A stretch of 64,000 bases of DNA, from contig CM059431.1 in assembly GCA_030390025.1 (NCBI GenBank), positions 126,296,001-126,360,000 of the forward strand, written 5' to 3'. The notes beneath the pieces were generated by a model. That model did not search any database, was not told where the DNA came from, and saw only the letters and a program-made list of their open reading frames with translations. Shown piece after piece: positions 49,503 through 59,714 of this stretch (the stretch's first letter is position 1; each line of letters opens with the position of its first letter). Both the position numbers and the translations under genes were made by a program. The stretch comes from Squalus acanthias. Taxonomy: Eukaryota.

Positions 49503-49726
49503 GAGAGGTCGCACAACACCAGGTTATAGTCCAACAGTTTTATTTGAAATCACAAGCTTTCGGAGCTATCGCTCCTTCCTCAGGTGAAGTAAATTTAAAT
49601 TTACTTCACCTGAGGAAGGAGCGATAGCTCCGAAAGCTTGTGATTTCAAATAAAACTGTTGGACTATAACCTGGTGTTGTGCGACCTCTCAATTTTGTCC
49701 ACCCCAGTCCAACACCGGCATCTCCG
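49503..49726. mobile_element. Perfect 188-bp palindrome plus 36-bp tail; Penelope-like terminal repeat derivative
   Basis: 49503-49690 is self-reverse-complementary about 49596/49597; 11-bp TSD CTTCGAAATAG at 49493-49503 and 49727-49737. Confidence 0.9.
49606..49643 (+). ncRNA. Minimal type I hammerhead ribozyme motif (mirror copy on the minus strand at 49550-49587)
   Basis: TCAC-CTGAGGA-A-GGAGC-GATA-GCTCC-GAAA-GC-TT-GTGA: CUGANGA and GAAA cores, 5-bp stem II, 4-bp stem I, palindromic AGCU in place of stem III. Confidence 0.75.
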
Positions 49727-50139
49727 CTTCGAAATAGTGCCATGGGATATTTTACATCCACCTGAGAGAGCCAACAGTGCCTCAGTTTAACATCTCATCT
49801 GAAAGACAGCACCTTCGACAGTGCAGCACTCCCTCAGCATTGCACTCCAGTGTCAGCCTGGATCATGTGCTGAAGTCTCACGGAGTGGGGCTCGAAACCA
49901 CAACCATCTGACACAGAGGCGAGAATGCTACCACTGAGCTAAAACTGGCACTATAACTATAATCCAACCATATTAAAGAAATATGGGAATCATCTGTAGA
50001 ACCTGGTATATAAACTCAGAGTAAGGTAGGGAGCATCGTTTAAATATGAAGATTTAGATGTTTCAGTGTTCAGAAATTTTACTGCTCCATTTTCAGTGCC
50101 TTTACTTTGCACTGATAGCAATTACCAGCTAAAACCATT

Positions 50140-50837
50140 TCTAGGTTGATTTTAATGTCTTGTGGGCGGAGTCAGCTAATTTAATTCAGCGGCTTTTGAT
50201 ACTGACACATCAAGGGGATTAGTGAATCTCCCTGATTTTCAGGAAGGGAGTGGGGCAGCAGTTAAAATGGAGCGGCTCCATTTCCTGCACCAATCTCGCG
50301 GCTCTGCCATTTAACCAGCACTGAGTTTGGCAACGGCTGAGGCGCTCACCGGACTCCAGCGGGAACCTCATTAATAAAACAAATTAGGGTCCCATGATGC
50401 ACATGGAACGTCTCTGGCATTTACACCCACTCCTGAGTGAGGCGCCAGGCCCAGCCACCCCACCAGGCACAGCTGTCGGGAAGCCAGCAAGACCAGCGAG
50501 AAGGTAAGTTAAAGAACGTTCATTAGTGGAGCTGGGAGGAGCAGGAGTGCTCCTGTGGGCCCCACAAGGAAAGTCCGGCCTTCTGCCATGCCAGGTTTCT
50601 CCCCTCCTGGACTTATCCTGCTGCCAGAAACCTTCTTCTGATGCTGGCGAGCAAGCCTCCGGACCACCTGATCTTCATCCTCCTCGCCAACGAGCTGCCG
50701 CTTTCCACCAGAAAGGGCCAAGCAGCTGACCGGCAGCATTCACATGAGGCCCGGCAGATAAAGTCTGCCGGAACTCTGACTCAAAATCCTGGCCTGGAAA
50801 GCAACCCGCTAGCTTCGCACTGCAGTTAAAAGTGGCC
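50140..50837. mobile_element. GC-rich MITE-like element
   Basis: Contains AAGGTAAGT and the GAGCAGGAGTGCTCCT..GGCCCCACA module; ends TTAAAAGTGGCCC. Confidence 0.5.
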
Positions 50838-50923
50838 CTATTGGTTATCACTGTCTATGCTCAATTGTAGAAGTAATGGGACTGAGTGGCAATAAATTGC
50901 ATAGATGTAGCCACGGACACTAT

Positions 50924-51270
50924 GGGGTGATTTGAACTCCCGGGCAAAAAGCCGGGGACAGCTGATGGTGCAAAGAGGCAGATGGCCAACTTCGGGCAGG
51001 TCACAATTGCAGGAGAGCCGCCTACCTCCTGCCCCTCATGATCCCACTAAGAAACATTTTTGACTTACCTTCGAGGGCCTCCTCTTCTTCCTTGCCAGGT
51101 TTTACCGAGGTGGTGCGCACCATAGGATCCCAATTAGCATATATTAATGAGGGCCCAGTTAAGATGGCAGGCTGGCGTGAATCGAACAGGAACAGGGCAG
51201 TAAGTCTTTGCACAGCTATTTAACTGCGCACCCACCCAATTCCCCTGGGTGAGGTGGAGTAAAATCCCCC
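50924..51270. mobile_element. Short Harbinger-type MITE
   Basis: GGGGTGATTT / AAAATCCCCC termini; flanks TAT/TAC. Confidence 0.6.
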
Positions 51271-51281
51271 TACAATGACAT

Positions 51282-52010
51282 GGGCCCAGAAATTCGGGTC
51301 GGAGGCTTCCCGCGGGTGCAAGCCCTCGACCTGCACTTACATAGCGCGCCTGCCATCGTGCTGTGGGCCCGCGTGGGTTTCTGATCCTGGGCCTCCTCCA
51401 GCTGCTGGTGTGCAGTGCTCGCGTATCACAGCGACGAAGCTAGTTCGCAGCGTCCCCTTGGATCATGTGGGCCATGGGGAGCTAATCGGAGCAGGGAATC
51501 TCCATTCATAGATTTGACAGGAAGACCTGTCAAATCTATGAATAGAGATCGGCCCCAAAACCTAAGTAAAACTTCAAATAAATTTAAAAAAATATCACAT
51601 TTTTAAAATAACTATAAATTACATAAATTAACTATTTTAAACAAAAATTAAAATTTTTGAAAAAATTAATTAAAGTTTTTAACGGGGCTAAAAATAAACT
51701 TACCTTTTTTAAAGTATTTAAAAATGATAAACCTGTGGAATTTTTTTTTCAATTTTACTTAATTCACCTCTTACCTTGTTAAAAGCAAGCCTTGTGCCTG
51801 CTTTTTCCATGCACAGCTGCTAGGGACTTACCCGCACGGAGAAACCTGTAAAAAAAGTGGAAGTTCCATGTCTACGCGCTGCCTCTCCGGTGCACGCGTT
51901 TGACCTGTGAGCCCCTTCCTTCAAGGGAACGGAAGTTCCGGTTTCCAGTGCATGTGCAGTGCATGCGCGAAACCGGCACTTTTGTTGGCCTTACGGGTGA
52001 GTACAATGTT
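51282..52010. mobile_element. Family C non-autonomous element, copy 2 (partial)
   Basis: Reverse homologue of ~9260-9989 including both hairpins; cut by a DeuSINE 3' fragment at ~52015-52097. Confidence 0.75.
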
Positions 52011-52819
52011 TTGAAAGAAAGACTTGCATTTATATAGCGCTTTTCACGACAACCGGACGTCTCAAAGCGCTTTACAGCCAATGATGTACTTCTGGAGTGT
52101 AGTCACTTTTGTAATGTTTTGTTTTTTTAAATCTTTGGCCCTGAGATTAAGTCACAGGATACTAATGAAAAAATCCTTAAACATGTACCTCTGAGATTTT
52201 TCTGCATGATTTCGGTGTCAGCATTAACCCATTGAAAATAAATGGGTTAGCACCTCTGCCAAAATAGGAGAGCGAAAAATTTCGACATATACTTTGTGCA
52301 CTCTGAGGAGTATCCCAAAGAATAATTTAAATTTTTCATGGACAGTGTAGTCAAATCCCACACACTATTTGGAGGATTTAACCATAGGCACAAACTTCAT
52401 ACTGGGCTGGATAGACCTTCCACACTTTCAATTGCATAGTTCCTTATTTCTGCCATTAAGACACCTAAATACTGCTGACAAAGGTTGAACTTAGATGCAA
52501 GATATTCCAATGGTGGTAAAATATAGATGCAAAAAATAATGGCTGGAATTTTCTTCACCTGGGCAGGTTGGGTGCGGGCGGTCAGCGTGGCAGGTCACTA
52601 CCCTGTTCTTCTTTTCATCACGTTCCTCAGAGAGACTTTCCCTTAATAGCGCCTATTAAGACAGGACTGCACGTTTACCACCCCTATTAAATGGTGCAGG
52701 TCTGATGACGTCATCGATGACTCATTTCCAGCCAGGATATTGGCCACATTGCATTTGAAGGTTCATCTAGGAGTGTGCGGGCAGTACATTTTACCATCTG
52801 GTTATTGCTCAGCCTTGCA

Positions 52820-55800
52820 CACTTGGTTTCACAAAAGCACTGGGCTGCACCCAGGTTCTCTGATGACTCCCTACATATTCTTGTGACGGGAGTCAGAGGA
52901 CGCAGGGAGGTCCTTTTCCCATCTGATGGGCGCTGTAAAGTTTCGCAATTATCGCGATTCAAAATAACACAAGAGAAGCAGAATCGTTTGATCAGTTTTA
53001 TTAAACGAAATGCTGTCCTGATAATAAAGGACACAGAAGCCTGTAAAATGGCCGCCGAGCATCGTGGCAGAAGCTTCCAAAAACACACTGGGTAGACAAG
53101 ATGGCGTCGAATATACATTTAGTATAAGATTGGAACATACTCGGTAAACACTGATAAAGACAGGATGCAACCCGTTTGCATTTGGAACAATAGCAAAGAT
53201 ATAAGTGCTGGAATCGTTTTCCTATGCACAGAAAGGATCATTGTACTGGGCAATCGAAGGCCCATCCAGACACATCAATACACAAATACCCCGCCCCCCT
53301 GGCTCTACAATGAGAGAGACATTGACGGGTGATTAAACAAGTATTCGGGGGCCCCCAAAACCAGTAGGGGAGACGATTCATACACATCCTGGCTGGGTCA
53401 ACAATGGGGAAAAGATTAATGGATAGTTGGCCAGTTTCAGGTGCTACCGAAACCCGTTAAAGAAGACAACCGCCCCATGCTGGGAGTTTTGAGCGCCAAA
53501 TATTACACAAAGAACAAACATTAAGATTTGAGCGGGAGATAAGAGGACACATCACTACAACTGTGGAGAACAAATGTCCATCGGTCTCTTATTCTCCCGG
53601 CTGGCTCTTATCTCTGCTGACTCTTGACTCGGGCTGAACTCTTATCCTCTGGTACTGCTCTGCTGGACGAGCAGCCTCTTGATTTTCTCTCTGGACTTTG
53701 TTGACTCTTAGCCGTACTGGTCGGTTATTCGAGTGTTGGGTGGAGCTCAATCGGAACGAGCCGCCCCGACAAGGGCAAGTAACAGGGTACACCATCCCGA
53801 GTGTCGGTAAACGGTGTATGGACCCGGAGGCCCGAAGAGACGAGACAAGACGAGAAGAAGAGGAGAAGAATCCACGTGCCACCATGGTCAGTAAACCCCG
53901 ACCGCGCCCGAAAATATAAATAAAGAACTTTTCTTTGAAGTCTACCGACAACCTGTATCGAGCACAGGAAGACTCTTCTTTGAACTGTGTCCGAGGTCCG
54001 TCGAGTTCTTCATGACAACAGGGAGTCTGGCCTGCTTTTCGCAGCAGCGAAAGTAAACAAGTGGGGTGCAGAGACCCTTTCAAACACGTGACAGTCAGGC
54101 GCTGCAGCGAAACGAGCCGAGTGCCTCACTTTAAAATCTCCGAAATTAAACGAGTGGTGAGCATGATTTCCGATCCTACAAATCTAGATGTAGTGTAGGT
54201 ATTATTAAGGGAGGGTGTTTTAATAAGGTTAAGATAATGTGTTCCCCTTTCTACGATGTGCCGTGTGTTCTCCATTTCCACAGACCAAGCTTTATGAATG
54301 TATGTATACTTGTACTATCATTGATTTGCGCCTATGACATATATTTCATGATTTTAGACGCCATGCAATAAAGATTTCCATTTCGTACTATTCAACTGGG
54401 TCTATTTGAGTTTTTCTCTGCATTGCTGCTCCCTGCACCTAAGTCCAGTGTTAGAACCGTAAGGGCGAGTGGGTCGAACCACTCACAGGTGCTTATTGCA
54501 ATAAGGCTGGCCGGAGACCAGAGCAAGCAATAGTATTAGGCAACGAAGGCCTAACCTCGCACCAGCACCGTCTGAGACACGCCCCCTTACAGCGCAAGAG
54601 ACCTCCCCAGGAGACCAAAAGAGCCTGGCTAAAGATAGCAGAGGAGGTAAACTGCAGGGATATGGTGAGGAGGACCTGGGTGCAATGCCAGAAGCATTTC
54701 AATTATCTCATTAGATCAGGAAAGGTGAGTGCAAAGCCACACTCAACTTCATCCTGCTGTGCCTCTCATCACATCTCCATCACTCTGCCTTCCCAAGCCT
54801 GCTCCTACACATCCTTACTCACACCAACATACCTTGCACCTCCACCCATCTCTCTCTATCTACATTATCACATCCCCATCTGACTAACCGCCCCTCACAC
54901 TCACCCTTATCCTAATGAAATCAAACCAACTAACAACACACAAGAAGGCCACTTTGCTTTGGTACTTTGGCATTGGCACCACACTCCCTCATAGTCACAC
55001 TCTAAAGATGTAACCCATCCATTCCTTACACTCATTCCATCACTCTCACTCAAACATCTCTTCTTTCCCTCCTTGCAGGAGAAGAGAGCCCACAATAAGA
55101 GGGAGATAACCAGAGGTGGCCCTCCATCTTTTGCCACATTTACTCCAGCAGAGGAGGTCTCCCTGGAGGTCTTTGGAGTTGCAGAGCAGCTGGCGGTGGG
55201 AGACAGAGAGAGGGGAACATCTCAGCAACCTGGTGACAGAATTACATCTCATACAGCCACATAGCATCCAGCAGTCATTCATATGGGGAATGATGTCAGC
55301 GGCCAGTCAATGATCATCATGTGCATTACGGTATTGGTACCCATTCTTCATGAGACATTTCTAAATCATCCCTTTACTCTCCCACAGGTCCATCAAGAGC
55401 ACCACCCCCCCCACCCCACCCCACCCCGCCACTGTCCAGGAGGAAGAGGAAGACGACTCCAAAGAGGAGCCTCCAGCCTTTGAGGGCGCACCGTCACAAG
55501 ACATAAACACACCCAGCACCAGCACAGATACGCACACCTTGGTGGGTCATACGTGAGATAGAATAGTGTTGTCACCTGGTGTTTCACAAGTCATAAGTGA
55601 GCAAGAGGAGATGGTGTTGACAGGGACAGCAGTGGAGACTCCTCGCCAGAGGGCGCAGGGCGCTCCCAGCTCTGCTCAGCTGCATGCAGACGCTGAGCCT
55701 CAGGGGCCATCGAGAAAGAGGGCGTTCCTGGAGGTGCAGGAAGGAATGCAGGCGGCTCTGACTGGTTTTCCGACCGCAATGTCTGCAAATGTGCAGTGAT

Positions 55801-56369
55801 TGGAGGAGTCCATCTCCAACAAGTTGCAGGCAATGGTGACTGTAGGCTCTTCCATCGAAAGGATGGCCACCTGCATGGAGCAGCTAATGCGCTACTCACA
55901 GGAGCACATGGTCTCTATGAAGAATAGATGGCAGAGGCTCATAGACCTCCTGTCTAGGAGGGATGCCAACATAAACTTGGGTCCTCATGGCCCCACTGCT
56001 GTGCAGCAAGGTGCTCTCCAGCTCCTTGCGAGCTGGGAAGTGCGGGTGGCCCATGAGAGGGATGATGGTGACAGGGGACATGGAAGTGGGGGCTCCTCTC
56101 AAAGCGCTCACACTTCTCCCCCATTGCCTTCCCCTCAGTCAGAGCCCCAGATGCCTCCTGGGATTGAGATGGCCGAGTCTGCCCCCGCACAGTCGCAGGA
56201 GGAGCAGACTTTGGCGGGGTCATCACAGGCTCCAGAACCCAGAGGACGCCTGCCAAAAGTATCTACGCAGTCGCAGCAGGGAAGTGATTAGGCTGCCACT
56301 ACCTCTGCTGAAGCCACTGGGGTTGCACCTCATAGAAGCACGTGTGAGCGAAAGATGACACAGAAGTAG
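52820..56369 (+). pseudogene. Myb/SANT-like partner gene (exons ~52820-52933+54592-54724, 55079-55232, 55388-56369)
   Basis: WAAPRFSDDSL..VRGRREVLFPSDGR [LTR] KRPPQETKRAWLKIAEEV..TWVQCQKHFNYL; donors AAG|GTGAGT and G|GTGACA; acceptors TTGCAG and CACAG. Confidence 0.88.
52934..54591 (+). mobile_element. Long (1658 bp) solo LTR, family L2 copy 1
   Basis: TGTAA...TTACA termini; exact 4-bp TSD GCGC; AATAAA at 54367; removing it restores the host reading frame. Confidence 0.85.
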
Positions 56370-56679
56370 ATGCACAAGGGTAAGCACATGGGTGTTTAAA
56401 GAAATGTTTCTGTTAAGGTTCCGTTACTCTTTTGTCACAGATAAGACTATTTATTTTCATCACTTTCCGGTCATAGCCAATTTTGTCTGTTACTTTGGAA
56501 GTGCCTTAGTGAGTTGGAGTGAATGGTGAGACATATCTTTACCTCCAGCAATGGGGGTCAGTGTAAAAGAAATAGCTTGGTCATTATAGGAATGCTTTAT
56601 GGTGTTGTTGTTGTGGTGGGGGGTGGAGGTGGAACCTGGCACAGCATGTGGCAGCCATATGGGTGTAATGCAGGAAGTA

Positions 56680-59670
56680 AATCTGGTCATGATGAGGTCA
56701 TCCCTGGCCTCCCGGGCAACAATGTGCTCGGGTGCTGGTGGCATCTGGACCTCAGTTTCCTCCTACTCCTCCTGCTCATCTTCCAGCTGATGCTCCTCCT
56801 CCTCATTCTCCTCTTCCTCTGAAGAGGCTGTGCGCTCAGTGCCTTGCTCCTCATGCAGCGCTAATTCTTACTGCTGTGCTATGTTGTGCAGCATACAACG
56901 ATGATTCTGGAGACCCTGGCTGGTGCGTACTGAAGGGCTCCTCCAGATCTGTCAAGGCATCTGAAGTGCATTATCAGCATGCCTATTGTCTGCCCTATGA
57001 CACATCTGGTGGACATGTGGCTTTCATTATATCTTTCCTTGGCCTCAGTACTTGGCCTCCTCAAGGGTGTCATTAACTACATCTTCAGTGGGATAGCCCT
57101 TGTCTCCAAGCAGCCAGCCGGTAAATCTGTTTGGAGGAGCGAAGAGCTGAGGGAGGGTGGACTGGTGCAGGACGAAAGAGTCATGACAGCTGCCAGGGAA
57201 TTTGGCGCACACATGCATGATAACATAAGAACATAAGAAATAGGAGCAGGAGTAGGCCAATCGGCCCCTCGAGCCTGCTCCGCCATTCAATAAGATCATG
57301 GCTGATCTGATCCTAACCGCCAATCTACTATCTATCACAGAACCATCTCCTGCATCTAACAGAATTGCACACACGAAATAGGAGCAGAATCAGGCTACAC
57401 GGTCCCTGGGCCCGCTCCACTACCCACAGGGCCATGACCGATCCGAACCTAGACTCATGTCCAAATTCCTGCCCGCTCCCCGTAACCCTTAATGCCCTTT
57501 ACTTCTAGGAAACTGTCTATTTCTGTTTTAAATTTATTTAATGATGTAGCTTCTACAGCTTTTTGTGGCAGCATATTCCATGGACCTACCACCCTCTGAG
57601 TGAAGTAGTTCCTCCTCATCTCAGTTTTGAAAGAGCAGCCCCTTATTGTAAGACTATGTCCCCTAGTTCTAGTCTCACCCGTCATCGGGAACATCCTCCC
57701 CGCATCCACCCGATCCAACCCCTTCACAATCTTATATGTTTCAATAAGATCGCCTCTCATTCTTCTGAACTCCAATGAATAGAGTCCCAATCTACCCAAC
57801 CTCTCCTCATATGACCACCCCCTCATCCCCGGGATTAACCGAGTGAACCTTTTTTGCACTGCCTCGAGAGCAAGGATGTCTTTCCTTAAGTAAGGACACC
57901 AAAACTGTATGCAGTATTCCAGGTGCGGTCTCACCAATACCTTGTACAACTGAAGCAATACCTCCCTATTTTTATATTCTATCCCCCTAGCAATGAAAGC
58001 CAACATTCCATTTGCCTTCTTAATCACTTGCTGCACCTGCATACTAACCTTTTGAGTTTCGTGCACCAGGACCCCCAGATCCCTTTGCACTTCAGTACTC
58101 TCCAGTTTCTTGCCATTAAGATAATAAATTGCTCTAGGATTTTTCCTGCCAAAGTGCATCACCTCACACTTTCCAGTGTTGTATTCCATCTGCCAAATCT
58201 CTGCCCACTTACTTAGCCTGTCTATGTCCCCTTGCAGGTTTTTTATGTCCTCCTCACTCACTACTTTCCCTCCCATCTTTGTATCATCTGCAAATTTTGA
58301 TATGTTACACTTGGTCCCTTCCTCCAAATCGTTAATATAGATTGTAAAGAGTTGGGGACCCAGCACTGACCCCTGTGGAACACCACTAGTTACTGATTGC
58401 CAGTCTGAGAATGAACCATTTATCCCAACTCTTTGCTTTCTGTTAGATAGCCAATCCTCTATCCATGCCAGAATATTACCCCCAATCCCGTGATTTTTTA
58501 CCTTAAGCAATAATCTTTTGTGTGGCACCTTGTCAAATGCCTTTTGGAAGTCTAAATACACTACGTCCACTGGTTCCCCTTTATCCACTCTATATGTTAC
58601 TTCCTCAAAGAACTCCAGCAAATTTGTCAAACATGACTTCCCCTTCGTAAAACCATGCTGACTTTGTCCTATTAAATTATGATTATCCAAATGTCCTGTT
58701 ACTGTTTCCTTAATAATGGACTCCAAAATTTTACCTACCACAGATGTTAGGCTAACCGGTCTATAGTTACCAGCCTTCTGTCTACTGCCCTTTTTAAATA
58801 AGGGTGTTACATTAGCAGTTTTCCAGTCTGCCGGGACCTTAGCGGAATCCAGGGAGTTTTGAAAAATTATTACCAATGCATCTACAATCCCTACCGCCAC
58901 TTTCTTCAAGACTCTAGGATGTAAGCCATCAGGTCCAGGTGATTTATCCACCTTGAGTCCCATTATTTTACCGAGTACCACTTCCTTAGTGATTTTGATC
59001 GTGTTTAGCTCCTCTCCCCCTATGATGATCTTCCTATGGTTGCAGACTGAGGGAGTGGAAGCCCTTGCGATTCACAAACACTCCTGGGTGATGATTGGAT
59101 GACCTGATGGTCACATGTGTGCAGTCGATGTTGCCCTGCACCTGTGGGAAGCCAGCCAGAGTGGCAAAGCCAAACGCCCACTCAGTAGCACTGGTGTCAT
59201 CAGTGGCAAAGTTGATATAATTTTCTGACTTGTCAAATATGGTATCGGTGACCTGTGTGATGCATCTGTGGGTGGCCGACTGCGAGATGCCGCAAATGTC
59301 TGCTGCAGACCCCTGGAAGGAGCCTGAGGCGAAGAAGTTGAGGGCGGTGGTGACTTTGACAGCCATTGGTAAGGAGTGTCCACCCACTCCTCTGGGCTGC
59401 AGGTCTTGCTCCAGCAAGCTGCAAATGTCTGCGACGACCTGGCACAATAACCAGAGCCTCCTTTGGCACTGCTGCTCAGACGCGTTGAGGAAGCTCATCC
59501 TCTGCCTGTATACCCTGTGTAGGGAGTATCACCGCCAGTGAAGTGCAGCCCTGCGCTGATGCCCTCTGTCCTGTGGAGCATCACGTCATTGAGGAGAAGG
59601 TTGGTGGTGTTGTTGTTGTTGCTGCTGGTGTCCCTGCTGTTGCAGGTGTTGGGGCTCATCCTGGTCCTAT
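56680..59670 (-). pseudogene. Harbinger transposase interrupted by CR1
   Basis: [23 protein letters not shown] | [45 protein letters not shown]. Confidence 0.9.
57222..59021 (-). mobile_element. 5'-truncated young CR1 (open 508-aa RT frame, 57455-58981)
   Basis: Intact FADDT; (TTCTTATG)n tail; ATGAT duplicated at 57217-57221 and 59022-59026. Confidence 0.95.
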
Positions 59671-59714
59671 TAGAAACATAGAAGATAGGAGCAGGAGTAG
59701 GCCATTCGGCCCCT

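Larger units (their letters stand above)
48521..49950 (-). mobile_element. DeuSINE (SacSINE1-like) interrupted by MITE A and a palindromic insertion
   Basis: 3' end AAGCGCTTTACAGCCAATGAAGTAC, Deu-like core and reverse tRNA boxes are collinear once the inserts are removed. Confidence 0.82.
52541..59670 (-). mobile_element. Second Harbinger transposon (related to 3899-8064, opposite orientation) with nested LTR and CR1
   Basis: Left end GGCTGGAATTTT; Myb/SANT gene on +, transposase on -; the transposase-side terminus is missing. Confidence 0.88.

Noticed and set aside
53589..54083. 164-aa ORF inside the LTR as an accessory gene
   Set aside because: No recognisable motif, and no matching ORF appears in the homologous part of the second copy.
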